Shown: piece by piece, positions 24,509 to 37,340 of the stretch
How the letters are laid out: each line of letters opens with the position of its first letter
Numbering within the stretch: position 1 is the stretch's first letter
Assembly (NCBI RefSeq): GCF_006345805.1
Contig: NW_021833002.1
Span: 1 to 58,749, forward strand
Direction: 5' to 3'
DNA length: 58,749 nt
Source of the DNA: Octopus sinensis
Taxonomy: Eukaryota
Made by a program: the position numbers and the translations under genes
Notes under the pieces: generated by a model
What the model was told of the DNA's origin: nothing
Seen by the model: only the letters and a program-made list of their open reading frames with translations
The model's database searches: none

Positions 24509-25582
24509 TGTTTGTGTTTCTGTGTGTGTATTTGTCTATATGTATGTGTGCTTGTATTTTTGCCCATATGTACATGTAGTTATCCGTATGTGTTTAGAAC
24601 TAAAATTATTTATTCAGAATCTAATGTAGCCGTCCAACATCCGCATATTAAGATACAATGTTTCTTTAAATTTCAAAGCTAATTTAAAGTTTTTTGCTCC
24701 CTATTTCTCTTAAATGAAATATCTTACCTAAGAATCTTTGCTGTTCGTAGGAAACTGTTCAATAAACGGTACAACCAACATGGCCGCCGATAAATAAAAC
24801 AAGAATCCATTGAAAAAAAAACTATTTCATTCTATCTCATTTCTCTTTTTCTCTCTTTGACTCTTGCCTATTGCCACAAAATGCACAGTCTAAACCAACA
24901 TTTATCTTAAATTTATAATAATAAAACAAAATTAAAAAAACACGGCTTTATTGACTACGACTGTGAGAAGTTTTGTCTACAAGTCAAAATAAGAGTGACA
25001 GCTTTGCATCAAGTGATTTGAAACCAAACAAACACCACTTGACTAGTAACATCATTTCTTCTATTCAATCTGTATTCACACAAGTTTCACTAACGCTCGT
25101 CTAACCTAAAAACATTTCACACTTCTACAAAATGAACAATTTTTAAGGGTCGTTCGTTGACGGAAGATGATTATTGTTTTGGCAGGTAATAAAATTAGAA
25201 TGACTTGCCAATTATTTTTCTTTCATTAGCTACAGCGCTATTCCTCTCGTTTCTGATAAATAACAATGAATAAGATTTCACTTCCTCAATACCACATTTG
25301 TTTTGTTACTTTATAATCTGGAACATTTTTAGCAAAATAGCTTCACTTCCACTATGACCAGTTTCTGCACTGGATGATGTCATTCACTCGTTCACTGTTT
25401 ACAAAGCAACGATCATACACCAACACACAGACACACACATAAACAAATATACAGTCACATAAAGACTTAGACGCATAAATACGTATGCACACATATAAAT
25501 ACACATATCCTTATATATGTGTGTGCATACATACATACATACAATCATGCATACATACATACAATCATACATACATGCATAC

Positions 25583-25613
<31 letters not shown>

Positions 25614-25693
25614 CATACATACATACATACAATCATGCATACATACATACATACATACATACATACATACATACATACATACATACATACATA

Positions 25694-27036
25694 CATGCTG
25701 TCCCGAAGATGTATATACATAATGAATGATTATAAAGGTATTATTGAAATACATTCCATTTTCAAAATTCAATAGAATCTACAGATAGAATTAATTTTTT
25801 TATGAACGCCTCTTTTCAAATTGATGATCCTTCTAATCCAGCCACTGTTGATAACGCGAAATAATGGAATCACAGGCGTCAAAAATCCTTTAGTTCGGCA
25901 TTTGTGCTCATTCTAGTCCAATGTGTGTCCTCAAGTCATCGATTGTTCCCGGTTTTGTACTGTAAACTTGATCTTTTACGTATCCCCACGAAAATTGTTG
26001 TGCGGCTAATCTTCAAAATCATTTCGTCCGATTCACCTATTTGATTTAGTATAGGAGTCCTCCATCTTGCTAGAAATAAAACACCTCATCGTTAAAGTCC
26101 TCTTCAATGTTGATCATGGAGATTGTTACAACAAGTTCAAGTAAATGGGTTTAGTTACTTTACCAGCAAAAAGAATCATTCTGATGAAAAGCCTGATAAA
26201 TTAACATGATAAATTACTATTTTTAAATCTCACAATGAGAGATATTCAGCAACAGTACTTTGGAGTAAAGATTGTTTGCCAACATAACATGGCAGTTCTG
26301 GTTTAGGACGAATGTTTAGTCTCCTGGATATAAATTACAGCAACATTCGTCCTAAACCAGGACTGCCATGTTATGTTGGCAAACAATCTTTACTCCAAAT
26401 TAACTTGATATTTCTCCGTAATATACGAGTTCTCATGTCCCTAGTAGGTGCGATTGTAGCTGTTAATTGAGCCATTCAATTTAAGAGGAGCCTTGTGGCT
26501 TTAATCAATCTTTATATTCAACACATTTTGCCAAGTGCCACTCGCCAGACTCCACTCTTCAGTCTGGACCATCTTCATTGAGAGTATGGACTATTCTCAG
26601 AGTGAAACTTGCCCTATGACAACGCTTCAAAATGCATTGAATGCTTGACTTTGAAAATCCTACCTTACGACTCGCTGGCTGCTCAGATTTTCTGGAACGC
26701 TGACAATACGCTTCTGATACACTTTGCTGCTTTATGAGGCTTATCGATGTCTGCGGTCTTCCGGAATGTTTCTTGTAAACATCCTGAACAGTTCCATCTG
26801 CTTCAAACTTATGTTTAAGTCGAGCAATGACGGACGTGGATTTGTTTGAAGATCCCTTCGAAACAGTCTTCTTTTGCTTCTGTTGCGTTTTCAAATTAAC
26901 AGTTGCGCTTCAGAATAAATTTGCCTTGTTAAAAACTTAATCTGATTCCCTTCATTATTTCTAATGGGTTAACCTTTAAAAAAGGGAATTTTAAGTTACC
27001 AGCTGTTAAGGTGTGTATGCATTTTTGGGGACACTG
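25694..27036 (-). mobile_element. Decayed mariner/Tc1-like DNA transposon, about 1.3 kb, with both degenerate TIRs
   Basis: N-terminal HTH-like ORF 26559-26894 (RLKHKFEADGTVQDVYKKHSGRP). C-terminal WGYVKDQVYSTKPGTIDDLR...HQFE at about 25810-25990. The ends CAGTGTCCCCAAAAATGCATACAC and CATGCTGTCCCGAAGATGTATATAC are imperfect inverted repeats. Confidence 0.75.
26259..26399. repeat. Hairpin or MITE-like inverted repeat: 58-bp arms, 25-nt loop
   Basis: 26259-26316 is the reverse complement of 26342-26399 with a single mismatch. Confidence 0.95.
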
Positions 27037-27250
27037 TTTATGTTATGGACAATATTATATACGTGAGTAACTTACTTGAAGACCTGGAGTGATTACAGGT
27101 GAAACTCAAAGTAGCAAGAGAGTGACCAAAAATACATGTGTGTGTGTCTGTGTATATATGAATATATATACATGTGTGTGTATGTGTGTATATATATACG
27201 TATATGTATATATGTATGTGTGTATAGATATATGTAATATGTATGTGTGT

Positions 27251-27282
<32 letters not shown>

Positions 27283-27431
27283 CCACATTTATAAGCATTC
27301 GAGTACAGGTGTGTACACGCGTATGAGCACGTATTATTGGTAAGTTTAAAACAAAACTATTATGTGAATACTCAGTACGCTAAAATCACAAGATCTAGCA
27401 GTTCCAACACTCATATCAGACAATTTGCTTC

Positions 27432-27520
<89 letters not shown>

Positions 27521-28107
27521 TGTATGTTCTTAGTACCGTGCCTCTGTGTGGGAGTTTTCCTCAGGAAGAATTCCACAGTATTCGGCGTTCGAATAATACG
27601 TTCACGTTGAGTAGAATATAAAACTTGTCATTCGGTATTAATCCTGCTTCCGTCGCTAATATTCAACACTTGATAAGTCTGTTGTCTATTTGCAACATCA
27701 GTGCTTGAAAAACACTGAAATCCTATACATCGCTGACAGTGAGATTTGGCTGGCATGCGACGAGCGCGCACATTCATACACACTTGCAAACAGACAGGCA
27801 GACAGACAGACAGTTAGACAGACAGGATGAAAGACAACTCGTGATCGTGTACGACCACCTGTTAGAAACAAGTAGCAACGGAGAGCGACAGTGTCCGCCC
27901 GTAGCCATCGCGGGTCTTCTCAGATCGTTAATGTTGTAGAGAATGTTTAACATAAACTTCTGTCGAGTGATATCTGGAGAGACAAAGAGAGGGGTGGAGA
28001 GAGAGCGCGTATAGAGGTGTTTGAGGCCGTACAATGTCACTGATTGAAGGTTTATTAATCAGTCCGGTTCATATTCAGATGAAATCTAAATTATTATTAT
28101 TATTATT

Positions 28108-28547
28108 CAGTAGTTTTATTTTTATAGCGTGCTTTCACTTCACTACCGAGCGCAGCTCTGTGTGCCTTGGGTATGTGCTGTGATTTGTTGTGATGCTCTG
28201 ATGGTTATTGTATGGAAAGTGTTCTGCGTAGGATGTGTGCAGTGCCTAGTAGTGCAATTTTCTGTATGTTATATGTGTTTGTAAGTCCTGGTGTTTTTGT
28301 TATGTATTTGTCTGAATATTTTTTTATCATGCCTAATGCACCTACTATGATAGGAATTGTTTCTGTTTTCAGATTCCACATTCTAGTTACCTCTATTTCC
28401 AGGTCTTTGTATTTTGAGAGTTTCTCCATTTCTTTTAGAGACACGTTGTCATCAGCCGGTATTGATACATCAATTAGAAAGCATTTTTTTTCTTCATGGT
28501 CTCTGACAACTATATCTGGTCTGTTGGCTTTAATTTCTCTATCTGTA
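28108..28547 (-). mobile_element. 5'-truncated R4/Dong-like non-LTR retrotransposon (subfamily 1), flanked by (AAT)n
   Basis: REL-endonuclease tail KANRPDIV...LIDVSIP...EKLSKYKDLEIEVTRMW, with the same 3' UTR as 39670 and 43973. AAT arrays lie on both sides on the element strand. Confidence 0.9.
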
Positions 28548-28559
28548 TTATTATTATTA

Positions 28560-28646
<87 letters not shown>

Positions 28647-28697
28647 CATTATTATTATTATTATCATTATTATTATTATTATTATTATTATCATTAT

Positions 28698-29575
28698 ATG
28701 AAAACTCACAGCTTATTTTGCTGGGTCGGATGGAAAGTGGCAGCTGTCCACAGCCAGCAGACGAAGGTGACACTTGTTTACTGGTGATGTCTGCTTCAAG
28801 AATCCTGCGAAGAATTCTTGCAGTTCTAAGCATGGCTGATTTTTGTAGGTGTTCCACTTTCACACTTGCACCAATCTCTTTCAGCCATGTTGGTAGTTGA
28901 GTGCTGATAATTCCAAGTCCACCAATTACTATTGGTATCACGTCTACTCTCTTCAGTGACCACAACCTTCTTATTTCCCACTTCAAATCATCATAGCCAT
29001 TTATTTTTTTCTTCTTCTTCCACATTGATCCTGTTGTCACCGAGGCATGCTATGTCGATTATCATACAAGTTCTTTCGTTTATTTACTCACCACAACAAT
29101 GTTCGGTTTCCGATGTCTGGTCGGGAGATTGCACTGGATCATTGCATCCGACAGGATTTTGCAATTCTCATTTACATTGACTCCTTCTGGAGCTTGCTCA
29201 TATCACGTCTTTGCCCTTTGTAGGCCTCGATTTCCACAGAGCCCCCAATGGATCATTCTTGCCACATTGCCATGGCATCTTTTGTATTCACGTCGTGCCA
29301 ATTTCGGGCATTCGCTAACGATGTGCCATACCGTTTCACCCCTCTCACCACACATTCTGCATTTGTCGCGATCGGTAGTGTTGTCTATTCTGCACTTCAT
29401 ATAATTAGTCCTTAACGCTTGTTCCTGGGCTGCGCATATAATTGCTTCTGTCTCTATTTTCAGTTCACCCTTCCTCATCCATAGCCACCGGTCCTCTGTA
29501 CCTGTCTTGGAGTTCACATCTCTTGCAAACTGATCGTACATTTTCTTTTCCTTCCATGCGTTTTCTTGCACGTTC
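28698..29575 (-). mobile_element. 5'-truncated R4/Dong-like element (subfamily 4)
   Basis: LKIETEAIICAAQEQALRTNY, CCHC CRMCGERGETVWHIVSEC, and YDDLKWEIRRLW...VIPIVIGGLG...ARILRRIL, with frameshifts. The 3' end abuts (AAT)n. Confidence 0.9.
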
Positions 29576-29600
29576 ACACACACGTTTGTATGTATGTGTG

Positions 29601-29639
<39 letters not shown>

Positions 29640-30295
29640 CATACATACATACATACATACATACATACATACATACATACATACATACATACATGAAGAC
29701 ATATATAATGGGAAACTGCAAGTAATATGGAGATGAATCAACTCGTTATTGTGTGTGTGTGATTGTGTGCGTGTGTGTGTCTATGTGCGAGTAAAGCTGA
29801 AAGCCTGCCCGCCAAGCCAGTGTATTGACATCATTTGAAGAAGTGCATTGTGGCCAGCGGTGTGTAATAGCATCCGATTATCTGCTCGATACAGTGATAA
29901 AAACTGGCAGATTAACAAAAGTAGGCGTAATGAGTATACTTACAAGGAAGGTTGTATAAACAAATAAACAAAACGAATGATGGCATAGACATTAAAGATA
30001 AAACATCATTTCTTTTGTTTATTTGTGTCCCGTGTAAATACACTCCTCACGTCTACTTTTTTTATCTGCCTTTTTTTTTACTTCCAAACCAGCTCAACGA
30101 AGGTCATTCTTATAACTGACTTCCTACACTGGACCTGCCTACGCTGGATGGAGCTGCAATTTAAGTTTTGATTTATCTGACTATTATATGGTGATTATGT
30201 TTAACCATATTGCTTTAACATTCTTCAGCACACACATTTTGTATCTATGTATGTATACTTACATATGTATATGTACATATATACATGTAAGTGAA

Positions 30296-30629
30296 GGCGT
30301 ATGGCTCAGTGGTTAGAGCGTCGAGCTTACGATCACGAGGTTGTGAGCTCGAATCCCGGACCGGGCTGCGTGTTGTGTTCTTGAGCAAGGCACTTTATTT
30401 CACGTTGCTCCAGTTCACTCAGCTGTAGAAATGAGTTGCGACGTCACAGGTGCCAAACTGTATCGGCCCTTGCCTTTCCCTTGGACAACATCGGTGACGT
30501 GGAGAGGGGAGGCCGGTATGCATGGGCGACTGCTGGTCTTCCATAAACCACCTTGCCCAGACTTGTGTCTAGGAGGGTAACTTTCTAGGTGCAATCCCAT
30601 GGTCATTCATGACCGAAGGGGGTCTTTTA
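30296..30629 (+). mobile_element. Full-length tRNA/CORE SINE family B
   Basis: A box TGGCTCAGTGG, B box GCTCGAATCC, CORE-like TGTGTTCTTGAGCAAGGCACTTTATTTC, and a 3' tail shared with 5993-6290. Confidence 0.92.
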
Positions 30630-30636
30630 CATGTAA

Positions 30637-30686
<50 letters not shown>

Positions 30687-30711
30687 ATATATATATAATA
30701 TATATATATAT

Positions 30712-30955
30712 ATAAATTAAATTAGAGATAAAGCCACTATTAGGCAACTCAAACAGTGATAGACATAAACCAAAACATAAAAAACAAAAAATAAATATAA
30801 TATAATATACAATATATATATAAAATATAAAATTTAAAATTTAAATTATTAAAATTTTAATAATTTAAATTTTAAATTTATGCTTTTTATGTTTTGGTTT
30901 ATGTCTATCACTGTTTGAGTTGCCTAATAGTCGTTTTATCTCTAATTTAATTTAT
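30712..30955. repeat. Inverted repeat (72-bp arms) enclosing a 50-bp perfect AT palindrome
   Basis: 30712-30783 versus 30884-30955 shows 2 mismatches. 30830-30879 is its own reverse complement. Confidence 0.9.
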
Positions 30956-31075
30956 ATTTATACTGTAAAATTTGATTTAATCCTAAGTCTAATTTTTCCC
31001 TGTAAGTTTGGATATACTCCCTATTATTATTATTATTATTATTATTATCATTATGTATATATATATATTATATAT

Positions 31076-31110
<35 letters not shown>

Positions 31111-31125
31111 TCTACATATACATAT

Positions 31126-31326
31126 AGAACAGATAAAAGAAGTGAGGTGAGATAATAGATGTTCATTCCATTAGTTTACAGCTGTTTCATAACCATGTTA
31201 GTTTCATACGAGATATTACATCAACAGTTGATGTAATCTCTGTTGTATAATTAACAAGATTATGAAACAGCTGTAACCGTTTGTAATAAACATCTACTAT
31301 TTCATCACACTTCTCTTATTTGTTCT
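31126..31326. repeat. Imperfect 201-bp palindrome (MITE or fold-back-like) centred on 31226
   Basis: Centre ATTACATCAAC-A-GTTGATGTAAT, middle TTACAGCTGTTTCATAA / TTATGAAACAGCTGTAA, outer AGAACAGATAAAAGAAGTG / CACTTCTCTTATTTGTTCT. Confidence 0.85.
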
Positions 31327-31484
31327 GTTTATATACATTCTCTCAACCATTGAATTTCGGGATTTTAATAAGAGAACAAAGATTTGTCCTAACTTAAACT
31401 TCCCTAAGCTACAATCATTTTCGTCAGTCATACACTTAGTAGAGAGTTTAACGAGAGATCTTTTTGAGCCTTCGAATCCTTATT

Positions 31485-31696
31485 AATTATGACCGCGTGT
31501 GTACCGTTGGCGATTTTTTTCCTCCGTCTTCCCTTCTCTGGATCTTTCCATTTCCTATTTTTCTGACGAAGAGCTCCGCTCGAAACGTTAAACCCTCCTT
31601 CTTCCCTTCCTTCCTGAGCGTCCAGTAATACTATATTTGTTCCACGTCCTCGCGTTGTTGTGTTTTCTCTTTGTGTTTTCCTATTTGGATTAACTT
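31485..31696 (+). mobile_element. Penelope-like pseudo-LTR remnant with a minimal hammerhead-like motif
   Basis: CTGACGA-A-GAGC(TCC)GCTC-GAAAC-GTT at 31563-31589. A partial reverse-complement copy of the downstream part lies at 47480-47570. Confidence 0.65.
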
Positions 31697-31741
31697 GATA
31701 TATATATATATATATATATATATAGATATATATATTATATA

Positions 31742-31786
<45 letters not shown>

Positions 31787-32277
31787 ACACATATATCTTC
31801 ATCGAGAATGAGTATGTATTTCTTGAATCTTTGAGAAATTGTTAAAGAATTATATCTTTTTATGTGTTGCGAAAGAAATGTGACTAAAGCCGCCTTAGTA
31901 AAATTGTGAAGAGGTTCAGCAGTAGGCGCCATTTTAAGTATTTGATGCAAAGGAGTCGTAATGATGTTGTGACATAACAGCATTTAAGGCCTCTATTTAC
32001 GCTCCTTGCTTGATTTGATGTAAGATTGACCTAACAAAAGGTTGTAGTAGTATTTGATCTTTGCAAATTGTGATTTCGCTCTGACATTAAACTATACTGA
32101 ATACCATTCCAATATTATTGGCATCCTCATTTTTCATCACAAGAATCCATGCAAGACTTTAAATATGTGTCTTTCATACACACATGCACCAGGAGGAATA
32201 TAACAACGACTAGTATTATTTGCAAGTTTGCCTCCTCCTTATTTTACTTTTCGATATTCAGTTAATTACAGTTTCAG

Positions 32278-32405
32278 ATGATGGAAGAATCGAGTGTCGT
32301 CTGCTCCATCGCCTACACCTAAAGCCAGTATCGTCTGCACCAACCAGTTCACCGCCACCTCAAACAATCATTATGTGGTGTCTCTCCCAACCACTTACAG
32401 TTCTG
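32278..32405 (+). other. Candidate exon (unique, GC-richer island with splice signals)
   Basis: Pyrimidine tract with AGs at 32261, 32271 and 32277, and a CTG|GTAAAT donor. The open frame is DDGRIECRLLHRLHLKPVSSAPTSSPPPQ. A second, S/T-rich frame is blocked by TGA at its start. Confidence 0.35.
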
Positions 32406-32897
32406 GTAAATATGAAGCATACGATGGGAAGCAAGTCGAGCATATCTTAAATAGCTCGTACATTAAAATTACGGCAGAAGAAGAGTCAAGAAATGACCTA
32501 CCGATAAATCTTACAGATTAGTTCTACACTCTCGACATTACGGTGATTTGTATTTTCTATTATCGCCTATCGTCTGTGTGTGTTTCTGACGTTAAGAATT
32601 ACTCATATTTGTTAAAAGTTGATATGTTCGGCTTACAGAATTCAACCATTCCTGTCTCATGCCATTTATTCCGATTCTTTTGACCCATTACTATCAACTT
32701 TCATTTTACAATCACAACGGCTGTCATACAAACAATCCCTTTAAATATATCTATTTTCCTTTTCCACCATCTTAACAGAATAACTTTCTCAGTTGATACT
32801 TCTCTCTCTCTCTCTCTCTATCTCTATCTCTCTCTCTCTCACTCTATCACTCTCTCTCACACTCTCTCTCACTCACACTCACATACGTACACACTCA

Positions 32898-33001
<104 letters not shown>

Positions 33002-33068
33002 CACACTATTTTCATTCAATGTATCTATTTATTCCGCTATCTAAGCCTGAATATACATATCTGTCCAG

Positions 33069-33128
<60 letters not shown>

Positions 33129-33376
33129 CGAGAGGGAGAGAGAGAGACAGACAGACAGACAGATATGTATATTCAGATTTAGATAGAGGAATATATATAT
33201 ATGTATGTATGTATGTATGTGTGTATACACACTCATATATATACTTACATGCATATATATACAGACATGTATATATGTATATATACATAGGTACATGTAT
33301 ACATATATATATATGTATATATATACATATATGTATTTATATATATAGATATATATATATATAATATATTATATAT

Positions 33377-33420
<44 letters not shown>

Positions 33421-33456
33421 TATAACTTATATATATATATATAACATATATATGAG

Positions 33457-33524
<68 letters not shown>

Positions 33525-33571
33525 GTATATATATATATTATATATATATATATAATATATATATAATATAT

Positions 33572-33607
<36 letters not shown>

Positions 33608-34065
33608 CTCTGTCTATCCATATATATATATATATATACACACCTCTGTCTATCCATATATCTATCTACTACCTATCTACCTATCTACCAATGAATTTCT
33701 TTAACTAATTTCAGCTTTTTTTGTCTCCGCCATTTTTTTCCATTATTCTCCTTCTTTGTTAGACACACACACACACACATCTTCGTAGACACTCCTGCAC
33801 AATTATGCACACACAGTCCTACACTCTCCACACACTGCACGCTCCCCATGCGCGCGCCCGCGCAATCACATTCGAATACTCCCACACACAACCACATAAA
33901 AACACGCACACATATACTCACACATACGTACAAACAATCTGATGCATACACACACATTCTCCTTTTCGCAGTCTCATACCACACACACACACACACACAC
34001 ACACACATTCTATCCTGTTATCATACCCTATTTTCTTGTATTTACTCTGTATTTTTACTTAGCAG

Positions 34066-34077
34066 ATATGTCAGCAG
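34066..34077 (+). other. Candidate 12-nt (or 15-nt) microexon
   Basis: TTTTCTTGTATTTACTCTGTATTTTTACTTAGCAG|ATATGTCAGCAG|GTATGA: a NAGNAG acceptor and a consensus donor, with no stop in any frame. Confidence 0.5.
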
Positions 34078-34185
34078 GTATGAATCACTTATTTCTAATT
34101 TCCTGTCATTTCCAAACCGATTCATTTTCTTTTCTTTTACCATATTATTGCCATCATCATCATCATCATCATCATCACCTTCATC

Positions 34186-34227
<42 letters not shown>

Positions 34228-34679
34228 TATTATTATTATTGTTATTATTATTATTATCGTCATCATTGCGGTCGTCATTATGTGAATAAGGAAAATAAAC
34301 CATGCCACAGACGACGGCTAAAATGAAATTAATTTCCACCGGCGATCAGATTATAAATCAAGTTATTACACTGGCCATACGGAATATAATGTCAGCCATG
34401 TTGCCTGTAGTGGTCGGCCTTAACTGGTGGCTGTTTTCCTATTAACCACAGGTAGCAACCACTGAGGGGAAGAGAAGATAAGCTTTTAAAGAGGAAACAT
34501 AATAACAAAAGAAAGAAACATTAGAGATACACCAGGAAATAATCCAGTTGTTTTTAATTTTTATTTTTCGTTTTTTTTTTTTGTTATTTTCAGAGTCGAA
34601 GAGGAAAAGATACAAATTGGTAGCCAACCGCTTAGCCTCTTTCATATATTCATATATATATGTATATATATATAATATA

Positions 34680-34739
<60 letters not shown>

Positions 34740-34882
34740 CATAATTAAATCTCAGAATTATATATATATATAATATATATATATATATTATATATATATA
34801 TTTAGCGCCGCCTATTTCAATCATTGACTTTTCGTGAAGCATGCAGTTCTGATGTTCAATATATACACACACACACACTCAT

Positions 34883-34968
<86 letters not shown>

Positions 34969-35515
34969 CGTGTGTGTGTTTACCGCTGCCATTTTCAATC
35001 ATTGTCTATTTGTGAAGCATGTGGGTTTTGATGTACAATACATACACGCTCAAACACACACACACACAATAGTTGAACCACCAATATGTATGTTTCTTTA
35101 CATATATATATGTGTTTATGTACACAACATATAGATTTAAACAGTGTTTTGTTGGTATCTGCACCTGGAATCATTGGTTGGTTACATCCTAAATTGATCT
35201 CATTAATAATAAAACAGTGTTGCAATCACCTTCAGAACGTAAATTTATTGTTCGCAAGTGATAATGTTTATCCATTAGGTAAAATGAAAGTAATAGGCGG
35301 ACTGTGTCGTGTTAATGAACCGAATAACCCGATCTTGTATAGAGGTGGGTCGATAAAAAAACATTGATGTGAACTTCATGTTAAGTGTGCGTTTCGTGTG
35401 ATTGCTTTCGAAGCGGATAAGGTGGCCGTTACAGTCACCTTAGACAAACCGTTATGAGACATATTAAACAGTCATATACACTTAGATTACATTTATACAC
35501 ACACATACACATATG

Positions 35516-35546
<31 letters not shown>

Positions 35547-35623
35547 TATATATACACACATGCACATACATATATCAGGACTTTGTGTTATTCTCTCTCT
35601 CTCCCTCACACACACACATACAG

Positions 35624-35656
<33 letters not shown>

Positions 35657-35855
35657 AATGTATGTATGTATATCGCTTATTTTGTTACGTAATGAAGCAT
35701 GATTGTGTCATAATTCCTTTCATTAAGTCTCCACTGAACTGGAACCGTTTGTCTTCGCAATTCGTTCAACAAACATTATGCTTCGTTTGTTTGTACTATT
35801 TCCATTCAATATATTTCATTGCGGATAATGCGTGCGCATACATACATACATACAT

Positions 35856-35890
<35 letters not shown>

Positions 35891-35913
35891 CATACATATA
35901 TATATATATATAG

Positions 35914-35966
<53 letters not shown>

Positions 35967-36575
35967 TATATATATATTATATATGTATATATATATATAT
36001 ATATAGATATATATATATTATATATACAAGACAAGGATAGACAATGGTCATTAGATATTTTTCTTTCTTGCAGTAAATTTGACTTAAAGCTATTTCCAGT
36101 AATCATTATAGGTTCATTATTGATAGGTCCAGTGATCGGTCGAGAAAAATTGAACGACCTAAAAAGTTAATGCTACTTTCGTGAGGGTCATTTTTGATTA
36201 TAACAAAGTAAAACATTAAAGAAGTGGTCAGTATTCAATTTTTCTTGACCGATCAATGGAACGATGGACCAAACTTATCAATACCGAACCTATAATGATT
36301 ACTGGAAACAGCTGTAAGTCAAAATTTACTGCAATATATAAAAAAAAATGTGTAATGACCATTATTTATGTCTTGTCTTGTGTGTCGCTCTGTGTAAAGA
36401 CCAGTCTAACAGAAGCACAACCACGGACTTACAATATAGAACGGTAGTGAACTCGGACCCTGCCACAAGAACTCGCGGAATTCTTTAATAATCTAAACAA
36501 TCTTGTTAGCTTGGTGGACTAACAGAGAGCTTATAAAGTCCTTTGCCGGGGTTGATAATCCCTCACTAATAACTC

Positions 36576-36614
<39 letters not shown>

Positions 36615-36686
36615 TTGTGTGTGTGTATGTGTGTGTTTTTTGTGGTGTGGTGTGTGTGTTGTGTGTGGTGTGTGTGTGTGTGTGTG

Positions 36687-36723
<37 letters not shown>

Positions 36724-36779
36724 AAGATATGGGTGAAATTAAACAGAAGGGTTTCAAAGAAACAAAAAACGGATTATTG

Positions 36780-37340
36780 GCCAGGAGAAGGGTTTTTAGA
36801 AGGTATTTTCAGACATTCAGATGGGATTTCAGAGAGAAAAACTGAACAAGACTGTTTATAAGGTCCAGATAAAGGGGCAAAGTTTCTCTCCTAATTCAAA
36901 GAATCAGTGATTGTTGTGTTGTTTTATCAAATATCCACGGGTTCTTCCTTGGCTTTCGAACTTCAGACCAAGATATTGGCTAACCCCACACCCTCTTCAT
37001 TTACAGACACTGATGTCTGGAGAATGACTTCCTTGTGAATAGAGTCAAGAATGACAGTGGTCTGATATGAGGACCGTACTCCTTAGTAGGATAAATTTGG
37101 ATCAGTTTGAAAGTTAAAAATTCTTCTTGAAGAATATGAAAATTACTTTGGGGAACTCAATATTGAAAGAAAACGGTGCCAAACTGCAGCTGATGACTTC
37201 AGCGCCGGATGAATATTGAATTGAAAGGATATAGACGAGTGGAATGCTGCATAGAGAATGGAGTTTGGTATCATTTAAACAGAGATGATTGATTCAGCTA
37301 AACAATAAAAAATATTTCATGGAGGGAAGACAAGCCGCGG
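36780..37340 (-). pseudogene. Highly decayed LINE (CR1-like) AP-endonuclease region
   Basis: Frame-hopping motifs TDPNL, SDHC and KPRKNPWIF occur in the order expected for the end of an APE domain. Confidence 0.4.

Noticed and set aside
30296-30365. tRNA-like sequences (also at 51840-51901 and 56280-56340)
   Set aside because: A and B boxes are present, but there is no complete cloverleaf or acceptor stem and they run into SINE bodies, so they are SINE heads and not tRNA genes.
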